From a virus (taxonomy: Duplodnaviria > Caudoviricetes): DNA of 64,000 nucleotides. Positions 48,974 through 59,104 of the stretch are shown in pieces. Under the pieces are notes generated by a model. The model saw nothing but the letters and a program-made list of their open reading frames with translations, did not search any database and was not told the DNA's origin. The stretch lies in the IMG/VR virus record IMGVR_UViG_3300014205_000173. One strand, written 5' to 3'. Made by a program: the position numbers and the translations under genes. Position 1 is the stretch's first letter; each line of letters starts with the position of its first letter.

Positions 48974-51043
48974 CTAAAATAAAGTTTTTATAATTGTATT
49001 TGTTTTTTTATTTCTAACAGTCATATCGAACATTTTTTGATAAGATAATATTTCATTGGCCACCTGTTCGTTGGTGCCAAATGAAGCAAATGCGTTATTT
49101 TGTTTTAATACTTCTATTTCTCTTGAATTTAAAAATATAGAACCAACTCTAGACATAAAATCACAAACAGATACATACGGTTGATTTTTTACAATTTCCT
49201 CAGAAGATTTTGGACCAACACCCTTAATTGAATCAAGAGGAGATCTAATAGAATTATCCCCTTCTGGATAATAGGTTTTCTTACTGAAATTAACATCTAC
49301 TGGTAAGATTTTTAATTTTTTATATTCTGTTAAAAATTTTTCTATTGATATCTCTAAGGTTTCTTCATCCTTTTTAGATTTATCTGTAAGTATTGTACTT
49401 ATAAATTCCATTGGATAGTATGTCTTTAGCCATGCTGTTTGGTAGGCGATAAAGGCATAGGCTGCCGAGTGGGCGAGATTGAAGGCATAATGACCAAAAG
49501 CAACCGCCACTTCCCACATTTCGTCTATAACATTTTGAGAAATTTTATTTTTCAGACATCCCTCAATAAACTTAGGCTTTATTGGATCTAAAAGTATTTT
49601 CTCTTTTTTAGCACATGCCTTTCTTAGTCCATCTGCCTCAAAAAATGAAAATCCAGCAAGCTTTATTGCCATTTTAATAAGATCTTCTTGAAAACATAAT
49701 TGTCCATATGTTTTCTTTAAAATTGGTTCTAAATCAGGATGAGAATATTTTATAGAACCCGGATCATCTTTTGACTTTCTATATTTTTCATGAAGTTTAA
49801 ATGCTAAAGCTCCCGGACGACCTAATGCATTAGCAGCAATAATGTCATTGAAATCACGACATCCAATGATTTCCATAAGACCCGCTTTTTTACCTAATTT
49901 TATTTTTTTTGTTTTTGGATCTCTTACTGGTTTCCATGTCTCTTTATCTTTTTTTACATAAAGAGACGAATATGCACCACCACATAACTGAAAAACCCCC
50001 TCTAGCTTTAAATCGTTTATTGTTTTAAATACATTTGGATCATTCGGAACCAAATTTTCAATATCTATTTTTTTACCATATCTTTCTCTTACCATATTTT
50101 CAACAAGAGTCATTTGCCTAAGCGTATTTATGTGTAAAATATCAAACTTTAAAAGTCCTATCTCTTCACATTCTTTCCAGTCATATTGTGTTGACATTCC
50201 ACCAACAAAAGAAATATCATCTTCTTCAAGTCCAAATTTTGACATTTCATTAGAATCAACTTGTTTGGCAACAAAAAGTGGTATGTCCATAAACACAGGT
50301 CTGTCGGATATAACTATTCCGGCAGCGTGAGTTCCGTAATTTTTATTTAATCCACATAATCTTTTTGCCATTTCAAATACTTTTGGATATTTCTTTTTTT
50401 CTTCTTGTAAACACTGTATAGCGGAGCATACTCTTTGATTCTTAAACTCTTCAATTTCTTTTTCGCCAAGCCATTGTTCTAAGCTATATGCTGGCATATT
50501 TGGCATTATTTTAGAAAGTCTTTTTGCTTCCTGATCATTTTCAGAACTAAACCTTCTGGAATTTTCTTCATACTTTGTACCTGCTATATTTAATGCCTTT
50601 GCGCAAAACTGAACAGCAGCTTTAGGTCCATATGTTCCAGAAGTACCTATCAGAGAAACATGATCTTTTCCATATTTTCCTTCTAGATATTTTATTATAT
50701 CTTCTTTATACTCAAAGTCAACATCAATATCTGGAGGTGACAATCTGGTGTTTTTTCGATCTAATTCATATTCGAAATTAAATTCCTTAGATGTATCTGG
50801 TTTTTTATTAGTAATACCTAAAACATAAAATACCATAGAATTATATAGGTTTTTTGTTCCTCCAAATTTTTTTTCTCTTATATAATATAAAATATCTTTC
50901 ATTAAAGATTCTGAACGTATCATGAATTTTAATTCATTTTTAAAAGAAGAATAATCACTTTCAGTTAAATTTAATCTGTCTTTTTCAGATTCATATTTGT
51001 CTTTTATTGTAAATAAAAGTTTTTCTATAGCTTTATTTTCCAT
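48974..51043 (-). CDS. dnaE: DNA polymerase III alpha, C-terminal (catalytic palm/fingers/HhH) subunit
   Basis: PPDIDVDF, GTHAAGIVIS, GLLKFDIL, GVFQL, ALGRPG, YAFNLAHSAAY, LKTYYP, IKGVG. Confidence 0.93.
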   Translation of the reverse strand: MENKAIEKLLFTIKDKYESEKDRLNLTESDYSSFKNELKFMIRSESLMKDILYYIREKKFGGTKNLYNSMVFYVLGITNKKPDTSKEFNFEYELDRKNTRLSPPDIDVDFEYKEDIIKYLEGKYGKDHVSLIGTSGTYGPKAAVQFCAKALNIAGTKYEENSRRFSSENDQEAKRLSKIMPNMPAYSLEQWLGEKEIEEFKNQRVCSAIQCLQEEKKKYPKVFEMAKRLCGLNKNYGTHAAGIVISDRPVFMDIPLFVAKQVDSNEMSKFGLEEDDISFVGGMSTQYDWKECEEIGLLKFDILHINTLRQMTLVENMVRERYGKKIDIENLVPNDPNVFKTINDLKLEGVFQLCGGAYSSLYVKKDKETWKPVRDPKTKKIKLGKKAGLMEIIGCRDFNDIIAANALGRPGALAFKLHEKYRKSKDDPGSIKYSHPDLEPILKKTYGQLCFQEDLIKMAIKLAGFSFFEADGLRKACAKKEKILLDPIKPKFIEGCLKNKISQNVIDEMWEVAVAFGHYAFNLAHSAAYAFIAYQTAWLKTYYPMEFISTILTDKSKKDEETLEISIEKFLTEYKKLKILPVDVNFSKKTYYPEGDNSIRSPLDSIKGVGPKSSEEIVKNQPYVSVCDFMSRVGSIFLNSREIEVLKQNNAFASFGTNEQVANEILSYQKMFDMTVRNKKTNTIIKTLF

Positions 51044-51060
51044 ATAGCACCCATCATATT

Positions 51061-52392
51061 TTATTTTTTAACAAAGCTTTCTCTATCAATATTACCAAGA
51101 TCAAAATTTTGTTTGTCACTTTCGTTTAATTCTTCAAAAAAAGCATCTGGTTTTGCTCTATAATCAGCCTTCGCATATAAAAACCTATCCATACTTAAGT
51201 CATATATAATTGGATCTAATCCAGTTACATTTAGACAGTATAGTGCTAATGATCCAACGCCAGAACCACGTCCTGCTGATATTTTTTTACCTTCTCTTTT
51301 AGAGAAAGCACAGTAGTCTGAAACAATTAAAAAATAAGTTTCAAATTTAGTAAATCTTATTGTTTCCATTTCCGTAAAAAGACGTTCTCTGTATTCTTGA
51401 GAATTACTAAGACCTCTCTTCTCCAATCCTTCAAATGCTAAAAATCTAAGATATGCATCTTCTTCAGTTCTTCCCCAAAGAGTTTCTTTAAATTTATTAA
51501 ACTTTTCATTATCTTTCGGTATATCAAACCTTGGAAGTTTTGCTTTTCTAGGTACTATATCTTCAACCTTATCATATATTTCCATTGTATTATGTAAAAG
51601 CTCTAATCCCTTACCCTTAAAAATAAGAGCCATTTCATCATAAGATTTCATGTAGTATTCTGATGATTGATTATAGTCTGGCGGCAACGGTCCACTTCTA
51701 GAAATTGAAATCTTTACACGTTGGGCTTCCGCATCATCTTTATATGAATAGTGACAATCATTAGTAGCTATTGTCTTTATATTAAGTTCCCTACCCATCT
51801 CAACAAGAGTTTTTAAAACTTTTAACTGAGGTTGATATCCAGTCCACATCACTTCAAAATAATAATCATCACCCCAAATATTTCTACTTGTCTTTGCAAG
51901 CTCATATGCAGCATTTAAATCATCATTTATTATTAGCTGTGACATCTTACTTGATGTACATCCAGATGTAACAATTAAACCCTCGCTGTTATCTTTTAAG
52001 TTTTCCAACGTTAAACATGGAAATTCATTAAATGGTTTTTTTAATATTTGTGTATATGAAAGACTTGATAATATATTTATATTCTCATAGCCTTTAATGT
52101 TTTTTGCCAAAATTGTTTGATGATATATTTTTGATTTATTAGAAGATATATCGTCTACAATATATGCCTCCAATCCATAAATTGGTTTTATATTATATTT
52201 TTTACATGCCTTTCTAAACGAAGGAAATCCACCGACTATACCGTGATCAGTAAGAGCAATTCCTTTAAATCCTAATTCACTTGCTCTTTTAGCCATTATC
52301 TCCATTTCTTGCATTCCATCATATAAAGAAAAATGAGAGTGATTATGTAGGTGAACGAAATTAACTTTTTTCGTTTCTGTAGATTCAACCAT
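51061..52392 (-). CDS. dnaE: DNA polymerase III alpha, N-terminal (PHP plus start of palm) subunit
   Basis: FVHLHNHSHFSLYDG, ALTDHG, GLEAY, ATNDCHY, YFLIVSD, GRGSGVGSL, LDPI.YDL..DRFL. Confidence 0.93.
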   Translation of the reverse strand: MVESTETKKVNFVHLHNHSHFSLYDGMQEMEIMAKRASELGFKGIALTDHGIVGGFPSFRKACKKYNIKPIYGLEAYIVDDISSNKSKIYHQTILAKNIKGYENINILSSLSYTQILKKPFNEFPCLTLENLKDNSEGLIVTSGCTSSKMSQLIINDDLNAAYELAKTSRNIWGDDYYFEVMWTGYQPQLKVLKTLVEMGRELNIKTIATNDCHYSYKDDAEAQRVKISISRSGPLPPDYNQSSEYYMKSYDEMALIFKGKGLELLHNTMEIYDKVEDIVPRKAKLPRFDIPKDNEKFNKFKETLWGRTEEDAYLRFLAFEGLEKRGLSNSQEYRERLFTEMETIRFTKFETYFLIVSDYCAFSKREGKKISAGRGSGVGSLALYCLNVTGLDPIIYDLSMDRFLYAKADYRAKPDAFFEELNESDKQNFDLGNIDRESFVKK

Positions 52393-52396
52393 ATAT

Positions 52397-53053
52397 CTAC
52401 CTCTTTTTCCTTGTACAAAGAATTTTATCTATAATTCCAAACCCTTTAGCTTCACACGAACTCATATATCTATCTAATTTTTTTTCTAAAAACTTTTTCT
52501 TTATTTCTACAACACTTTTGCCAGTATTTCTTTGAAATATTTTATCCATAGTTTTTTGAATTTTACCAAATTGTCTCATGTAATGAGGCAGTTGAGATTG
52601 AGAAACATCAACCAAATCTCCATATGATTCATGATACATAAATTCTGAGTATTTTCCTCCGAATCTTTTACCTTTGGTCCCATTACTTGCTATAAGGCAA
52701 GCAGCACTGGCCGCAATACCCAAAACAACAGTAGATATATCACACTTAGAATTATCCATAACATCAATTAGCGCAAAACAATCTGAAACATATCCTCCTT
52801 CGGAGTTTATATAAATTGTTATATCGTCATAACTAACTGTTTCGCAAATATGAATTTGCGAAATTACAGACAAAACACTGTGCTTATTTATTGGTCCAAA
52901 AAGATAAATACTTCTATGGGTTAATAATCTTGCTAATGCTTTTTCGTCAAAAAATGAATTATCATCACAACCTTCAGATTGTTCATCATAAACATCTTCA
53001 TTGTCTATTTTTGGATTTACATCTTCTTTTTTGTTTGTTTTTCTATTAGGCAT
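52397..53053 (-). CDS. clpP: ClpP protease proteolytic subunit
   Basis: RSIYLFG.I, YINSEGG, GIAASAA (Ser), MYHE (His), DRYMS..EA..FGIID (Asp). Confidence 0.9.
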   Translation of the reverse strand: MPNRKTNKKEDVNPKIDNEDVYDEQSEGCDDNSFFDEKALARLLTHRSIYLFGPINKHSVLSVISQIHICETVSYDDITIYINSEGGYVSDCFALIDVMDNSKCDISTVVLGIAASAACLIASNGTKGKRFGGKYSEFMYHESYGDLVDVSQSQLPHYMRQFGKIQKTMDKIFQRNTGKSVVEIKKKFLEKKLDRYMSSCEAKGFGIIDKILCTRKKR

Positions 53054-53558
53054 CTAGTGCCTCCTTTTTTAATAATTCTGAATCTGTTCCAAGAAAATAA
53101 ACTATTTCCTGATGAACATATATTGGAAAATCACAACTTTGCATGATACAAACAGCGTCTGTAAAAAAACAATCTGTACATAAAAACTTTCCATCATTTT
53201 CAAAAATCATATAGGTTATAAAATGACCTTTGTCATATGAAGTAACTATTGCTGCAACTATTTTTATTTTACCAAAATTTACTAAAATATTAAATAGTTT
53301 GTGGGCATGAGGAATATATTTTGTATGCTTGTCTAAAAAAAATTTCATATTATAATAACTTCTAGACGATACATCTACCTTGAGTGTATTTTTACTGTTT
53401 TTAAAAGAACAAAAAATTCCAAACTTCAAATCATTAATATCTCTATCGGAACAAAAAAGCCTTACATTATCTACTACGTCATATTCTTCGAAAAAATTAC
53501 TAGATTGTCCAACAAAATTTAATAATCCCTTCACTTCTGTAGGGTTTATGGTTTTCAT
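53046..53558 (-). CDS. Divergent DUF151/bifunctional-nuclease-like protein
   Basis: PHAHKLF..LV...KI....VTSYDKGHF...TDAVC...PIYVHQEI follows the DUF151 pattern (P.THDL...G.FYA...DARPSDA...PIYV), but the RPS residues are not conserved. Confidence 0.55.
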   Translation of the reverse strand: MKTINPTEVKGLLNFVGQSSNFFEEYDVVDNVRLFCSDRDINDLKFGIFCSFKNSKNTLKVDVSSRSYYNMKFFLDKHTKYIPHAHKLFNILVNFGKIKIVAAIVTSYDKGHFITYMIFENDGKFLCTDCFFTDAVCIMQSCDFPIYVHQEIVYFLGTDSELLKKEALDA

Positions 53559-54823
53559 TATATCTCCAAAAATTCAAAATCAAGATTTTCTTCTTCTTCT
53601 ATTGGATTGTAATTTATTACATTAAATGCATTCTTTTTATCGAGCAAACGATATGTAGTTTCACCCTCTTTAAAATTTATTATTGTAATTGGATTATAAA
53701 CATTTTTTAAATTAAAAACACTATCTATTTTTATATTAAATTTATTTATCAAACTTAAAAGATCAACAACACTACACATTGTCATATACCTAGTAGATGG
53801 AACTAATACCGATCCTCCAAGTTGATCGTATTTTGTTGGAACTATTGTTATATTTGCATCTGTTTTTGAAGTTTTCTTAAAGATTATATCATGAATAGCT
53901 AGAAAATGCTCTATCTTCCCATATTTATTATCACCACCCATGGTATTGTATTCTTCTTTTATTTTTTCAATTACAATTTTATTTGTTACTAAAATTTTAA
54001 TAGAATCTGTTTTGCAATCAATAGATGTTAGTGCATAATTTGAAACTGGAGGTTTTGTATTTTCACAAAAACATCCCAAACAAAACATTCTTGTTAAATT
54101 TTCAGCAACACATTCTATATCTGATGGTTTAAATGTATTTTTAAATTTATCATTATTTTCTAAAAACTTTTTTGCAAAATCAAACAAATGATCATTTATA
54201 CACAAATCTGTTTTTTCGTTATTGTTATTGAAAAAATTTTCATAAATCCTTCTAGACTCTTGCAAATAGTTTAAAACTTCTGGCTCATCTTTGAAAAAAT
54301 GTTCTAGACATATATACATTATTGGCTTTTCATCCTTAACAACAGGGAACCTTCGACAGAAACACCTTTCCATAACCTTCATTAAATCTTGATAGTTAAT
54401 GTAATGATATTTAAATTCAAATATGTCACCAAAACAATGAAGCCTAATTTCTTCGTCTTCTATTTTTTTTACTTTTAGAGAAGAGAAAAAATCTGTTTTT
54501 TCTTCATTATACAAAAACAATAAATCTTCATTTACTTCACTATAATTTTTTACAAGATCACTCTCAATACTATCTGGAACTTGTTTAAATAAATTTAATA
54601 CATCATTACCATTATCATCTTGTCCAAAAAAATTAGAAATATTTAAATTTCCCAAAAAACAATACCCATTAAATAATGGAGATCCTTGATTTAAATTTGG
54701 AACATCTGGGATTCTTTCACCAAATAACATTCTTCTGTTGTTTAGTTGTTTTGAAACACAAAAACAACTGTTTATATTGTTTTTTACAAATAGTCCAGTG
54801 TTGTTTTTCAAATAGTATTCCAT
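53558..54823 (-). CDS. Hypothetical protein
   Basis: 421-aa ORF, no motif recognised. Confidence 0.55.
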   Translation of the reverse strand: MEYYLKNNTGLFVKNNINSCFCVSKQLNNRRMLFGERIPDVPNLNQGSPLFNGYCFLGNLNISNFFGQDDNGNDVLNLFKQVPDSIESDLVKNYSEVNEDLLFLYNEEKTDFFSSLKVKKIEDEEIRLHCFGDIFEFKYHYINYQDLMKVMERCFCRRFPVVKDEKPIMYICLEHFFKDEPEVLNYLQESRRIYENFFNNNNEKTDLCINDHLFDFAKKFLENNDKFKNTFKPSDIECVAENLTRMFCLGCFCENTKPPVSNYALTSIDCKTDSIKILVTNKIVIEKIKEEYNTMGGDNKYGKIEHFLAIHDIIFKKTSKTDANITIVPTKYDQLGGSVLVPSTRYMTMCSVVDLLSLINKFNIKIDSVFNLKNVYNPITIINFKEGETTYRLLDKKNAFNVINYNPIEEEENLDFEFLEI

Positions 54824-54826
54824 TAT

Positions 54827-55924
54827 TTAAAACTCCAGTTGATTAAATCTTCCATAAATTAAATCTGAATATTCTAATGAGACTATACATTCTATATCTT
54901 TTAGCGTTTCGTCTATTTCTCTGTCAGACCTGACACTTTTATTTTTTGTTAAATCTTCCTTAAGAGTATTTAAAATTTTTTGCACCTGATCATCGTTGTA
55001 AAAATTTAAAGAACTAATATTGTCTATCATATTTAAAAGTTTTTTTCTATTTGCACCACGACTCAAACACTGATCCGGATCATTACTTAATGACTTTCTC
55101 ACATCCTTAACTATCGTTAATATTGATTTTCTTATTTGACCAACAGTAGATTCAAGAAAGTTTTCAACATGTTCTTGCCTAAACGAATTTAAGTTTTCTA
55201 CCAATCTTTTTTTCATTTCTTTTTCGTGATCAGAAATTTCCTTTTCATTTTCTATTTTTTTTGCCTCACAAACATCTTTTTCTATATCTGATGGCATTGG
55301 AATACAATAAAAAATAGTATTATATTTAAAAGATTCTCTAAACGAATTAGGATCTATAATCTCTTCTTCTATTTTTGAAATAAAATATTTTTCATAATCT
55401 AAATAATTTTTCCAATTAGATGTTACAACTCCATCTTCCCATATTTTTTTACAATACTTTCTATAGTGTAATATAACTTCTTTTTTTATTTCATCAAACT
55501 GATCTTTAAGGGAATCTGCTAATTCGTAGTATGATTTTTGAACGTCCTTATCCTTATCTTGCCATTCTGCAAACATAGTACATGGGACAAACCGACCCCA
55601 CATTGTTTCAAAAGAAAAAGACTTCAATAAACTTCTAGCTCTATTTTCTACTACATTAATTTTAGAGTTTACTTTCTTTGGTAACAGACTTCTAGATCCT
55701 AATGATAAATAATCTTTAAAGTCTTCCCAACTAGAATCTGACTCGTCAATTCCAAGTTCTTCTGGAGAAATAGACTTAGTTCCACGCCATCTTTTGACTT
55801 CTAGTTTTACAATTATTCCTTTTTCCATCAACGGAGTGGCCCATTGAAAAACAGTAGATCTAACATCGTTTTGTGATATTCCTGTTTTTTTGGAAATTTC
55901 TTTAATTATTTTTTCTATTTCCAT
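54827..55924 (-). CDS. Hypothetical protein, DUF3150-like
   Basis: VKRWRG..SI..EELG, LSLGSRSLLPK, ENRARSLL...S....GRFVP, then long helices. Confidence 0.45.
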   Translation of the reverse strand: MEIEKIIKEISKKTGISQNDVRSTVFQWATPLMEKGIIVKLEVKRWRGTKSISPEELGIDESDSSWEDFKDYLSLGSRSLLPKKVNSKINVVENRARSLLKSFSFETMWGRFVPCTMFAEWQDKDKDVQKSYYELADSLKDQFDEIKKEVILHYRKYCKKIWEDGVVTSNWKNYLDYEKYFISKIEEEIIDPNSFRESFKYNTIFYCIPMPSDIEKDVCEAKKIENEKEISDHEKEMKKRLVENLNSFRQEHVENFLESTVGQIRKSILTIVKDVRKSLSNDPDQCLSRGANRKKLLNMIDNISSLNFYNDDQVQKILNTLKEDLTKNKSVRSDREIDETLKDIECIVSLEYSDLIYGRFNQLEF

Positions 55925-56486
55925 TTTTACTATCCTTTATATATTTAGAAAACATTTCTCTTTGAAATTTCAACATATCAACATTTCCTTCATAAATAGC
56001 AATATCTATAGCCTTTAAATATGAAGAAATTCTTCCATATTCTAAAACAGGATTTTCTACCGAAGAAAGATGCCTTTTAATACTTTTAGATGTAGAAATC
56101 CCATAGTTATAAATAGTTTTATTTTTACTTTGTTTGCTTCTTATTTCATTAGAAAATATTTCATCTAAATTTTTTTCACTTGAACAAAATTCTAAAGTAT
56201 AATTTTTTTTAAAATATTCTATAGTTTCTTTAGTTGTAGAAAAATTCTTAAAAGATCTAACAAAAGTTATTACGTCGCCTCCAAAAGAACAGCCCCAACA
56301 ATAAAATGTATTATAATCCTGCCCTTTATATATTATAAAAGATGGAGATTTTTCTTCATGAAGAGGACAACAACATTTCATCCTACTATTTCCAGATCTT
56401 AATAGTTTTGCACCTGACTTTTCAACCTCATCTTCAAGTGCTACTTTTAATTTTATCTCTTCAAAAATACTTGAATAAATTGACAT
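55902..56486 (-). CDS. Stand-alone primase CHC2 zinc-finger protein
   Basis: CPLHEEKSPSF...FYCWGCSFGGDVITFV; no TOPRIM domain follows. Confidence 0.88.
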   Translation of the reverse strand: MSIYSSIFEEIKLKVALEDEVEKSGAKLLRSGNSRMKCCCPLHEEKSPSFIIYKGQDYNTFYCWGCSFGGDVITFVRSFKNFSTTKETIEYFKKNYTLEFCSSEKNLDEIFSNEIRSKQSKNKTIYNYGISTSKSIKRHLSSVENPVLEYGRISSYLKAIDIAIYEGNVDMLKFQREMFSKYIKDSKNGNRKNN

Positions 56487-58244
56487 TTATATATTCCTAT
56501 TAACCATCCACTTTCTAATAGATTCTTTTATTTTTGAATTATAGTTATGATTAAACATTCCCTTATTTCTTGCTCTAATAAGACTTTCATTATTTCCGAT
56601 AAAAATCTTCTTCACGCTAGACTCTTCTATGTTTTCAGAATAATGTTCTATTAGTTTATTTACATTTGGTTCCTTCTTTATCTCTGGAGTTTCCAATAAA
56701 GAATTTATTGAATTTGATGGTAGGGTTAAAGAATCTATATATTCATCTAAGTTACCTAAAAGATCTGAATCTGACTTAACCTCAAGAGATTCTATAAGTT
56801 TATCACTATCTTTTGACGAATTTCCACCCAAATAAGTATTACTTTTTATATCGTCACTATCATAAATTGCACAATAATCAAAGGCGGATCTAAGCTTAGT
56901 ACTTCCGGATGGTCCATCTCTTTGTTTTACAATCTTAACCTTCATCTCAGATATATCATTATCATTGGTAGATAATGCTATAAAATTATCACAATCTTCA
57001 CCAACAAGATTTGACCCTTCAATGTTTTCAAAATCTATCTCTATTTCTCTTTTGCCTTTTATTCTTTGAACAGAAGATCTACCAGCCTGAACAATAACAA
57101 CCATTGGAATTTGATGATCTTGACCATAACCACGTATCTCTTTAGATAAATTTCCTAATGCTATATTTCTCTTTTCAGAGTCAGTGCCTAATTTAAATAA
57201 AGACAAATGGTCTAAAACAATAAGATCTGGAGTAAAGCCGGGGAGCCTTCTTTGTTTTTCGTGTATTATTTCATTCCAACTATATTTATTTGCCCTAGCT
57301 TCAATTACTTTATAGTTTACTCCAGCTTTTTTATGCCTTTCTCTTCTTTCTTTTAAGAATTTTTCTAGCTCTTCTAACCTTTCTTCCGGAATAGAGACTT
57401 TATTTCCACAAAGAATATCTGTGTATGGCAAATGTATTCCATTATAAAAAGAATCCATAATGTTATATTTTCTAAACCACTGCTTCTCACTCATTTCCAA
57501 CGAAACAACAAGAATGTTTTTTGGATCTTCTAAATTTTCAAAAATGTTTCTAGTTACATTGAGGCTAAATGTTGATTTTCCACCACCAGTTACAGCCCCA
57601 ATTAATGTAAGTGTACCCTTTTCAAAGCCTATAAAAATATCATCTACCTTTTTTATTCCTGTTCTAATTCCGGTATACTTTTCCTCTCTCCTTTTCTTTA
57701 TATCATTTATTTGATCTTCTATCGTATCATCTAAGTCATAAACTTGAATTAAGGATTTATCTTCTTTTAATAGATATATTTTTTCTAAATCAGTTCTTGT
57801 ATTTTCTATAAACTCAATTCCCATTCCCTTTGAAAGAAATTTCTCATGGTTTTTCTTTACAATTTCATTTATAGAAGGAACGCAAGAAACACTTATCCAC
57901 TCTTTGAATATTCTACTAAACTGGTTTTCTTCTAAATTTAAACATTCAGAATCCTCATATGAAGCTAATAGTTTGCCATGCTTTTCAATAGAAATTACCT
58001 TTTCTTCTGAAAGCTTATCTATTATATTTTCAAATTCTTTTTTAACTAATAGAGCGTTATGCTCTTCATAATATTTTATTATTATTTCTACAATCTTTTT
58101 TATTTCACAATCTGTGAAAATTTCAATCCCAATGGCTGAAGAATAGAAAATTTCTTTAATATATTCTATATCTTTTTGAATGAAAAAAAGTATTTGTTTT
58201 TCAAAATCACATATAGTATTTTTTATATTATTTGTACTTGCCAT
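56487..58244 (-). CDS. dnaB: DnaB-family replicative helicase
   Basis: GIRTGIKKVD, Walker A GAVTGGGKST, VSLEMS, LIVLDHL, VIVQ, KQRDG. Confidence 0.88.
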   Translation of the reverse strand: MASTNNIKNTICDFEKQILFFIQKDIEYIKEIFYSSAIGIEIFTDCEIKKIVEIIIKYYEEHNALLVKKEFENIIDKLSEEKVISIEKHGKLLASYEDSECLNLEENQFSRIFKEWISVSCVPSINEIVKKNHEKFLSKGMGIEFIENTRTDLEKIYLLKEDKSLIQVYDLDDTIEDQINDIKKRREEKYTGIRTGIKKVDDIFIGFEKGTLTLIGAVTGGGKSTFSLNVTRNIFENLEDPKNILVVSLEMSEKQWFRKYNIMDSFYNGIHLPYTDILCGNKVSIPEERLEELEKFLKERRERHKKAGVNYKVIEARANKYSWNEIIHEKQRRLPGFTPDLIVLDHLSLFKLGTDSEKRNIALGNLSKEIRGYGQDHQIPMVVIVQAGRSSVQRIKGKREIEIDFENIEGSNLVGEDCDNFIALSTNDNDISEMKVKIVKQRDGPSGSTKLRSAFDYCAIYDSDDIKSNTYLGGNSSKDSDKLIESLEVKSDSDLLGNLDEYIDSLTLPSNSINSLLETPEIKKEPNVNKLIEHYSENIEESSVKKIFIGNNESLIRARNKGMFNHNYNSKIKESIRKWMVNRNI

Positions 58245-59094
58245 CTACACTCCCCATTTTATCAGAAGAAAGTATAATTTCTTGTAGTTTGTCTGAAAAA
58301 ATCAAATCTACATTTATTCTTCCATCGGTTTTCCTTTTCTTTTCGTTTATGTTTTTTATTTCTTGCAAGGCTCTAATTATGGTATCTATACTATATCTTC
58401 TTCCAGAATCAATCCATACGGTTTCGCTATTATCCAATTCTTCAGTTTTAATTGTAATTGGATTTAAAAAGAATTGTTCATTTGTAATAGAAGAATAGAC
58501 CAACGACCCATAAATTTCTTTTATTTTTAATAAAGAAATTTTAGAGGTTATTATAGTTGGTTTTCTTTCATCTTGTCTTTGTATTAGTATATTCCCAAAA
58601 TAATTCTTTATTTTAGATGTAGAGTCCATATCATCAACTTCATCTATACAAAGAAATAGTGGCTCAATATATTTTTCTTCAAATATCTCTCTCTCTGTAT
58701 TTAAGCTTGCAGTATTTGCTTCCATTGCAAAACGTGCAAATGGAACATAAAAAACGCTTCCAATTAAAGACTCTATTGCCGTTCTCAATATTAGTGTTGC
58801 AAGCACTGATTTACCAGAAGATCTTTTCCCTATTATAAGTAAAGATCTTCCACTTTTAGATGCTATTTCTATGTCTTTTGCATATGAAGCACAAATTGAT
58901 TTTGCCAAACTTCTTGAACTAATTATATCCTCGTCAGATATGAATCTAGAAAAATCCATATCAGTTTTATAATCAGACCACTTAAAATCAAAATACTGCT
59001 CTGGTATTCCACTCCTACTTATTCTATATTGAACTAATTTGTCTCTTTCTTTTTTTATAAATTCTAAAGATTGTTTTGCCCTTTCTTCTTTCAC
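58228..59094 (-). CDS. DnaC/IstB-like helicase loader ATPase
   Basis: SGIPEQY....W, Walker A GKRSSGKS, Walker B LCIDE, R....KPTIITS. Confidence 0.8.
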   Translation of the reverse strand: MKEERAKQSLEFIKKERDKLVQYRISRSGIPEQYFDFKWSDYKTDMDFSRFISDEDIISSRSLAKSICASYAKDIEIASKSGRSLLIIGKRSSGKSVLATLILRTAIESLIGSVFYVPFARFAMEANTASLNTEREIFEEKYIEPLFLCIDEVDDMDSTSKIKNYFGNILIQRQDERKPTIITSKISLLKIKEIYGSLVYSSITNEQFFLNPITIKTEELDNSETVWIDSGRRYSIDTIIRALQEIKNINEKKRKTDGRINVDLIFSDKLQEIILSSDKMGSVDGKYK

Positions 59095-59104
59095 AAAAAA
59101 CTCC

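Noticed and set aside
50900-51200. Split intein joining the two DnaE halves
   Set aside because: No Cys/Ser-initiated block A at the end of the N-half and no HN-C/S/T junction at the start of the C-half.
52397-53053. ClpP as the prohead maturation protease
   Set aside because: It sits among replication genes with no portal or capsid gene nearby; not excluded, but unsupported here.
5348-56487. Stop-codon reassignment or readthrough, suggested by several in-frame gene pairs separated by TAA plus 0-3 nt
   Set aside because: Conserved proteins are full length in the standard code, TAA, TAG and TGA all end genes, and each downstream gene has an ATG; simple translational coupling explains the spacing.
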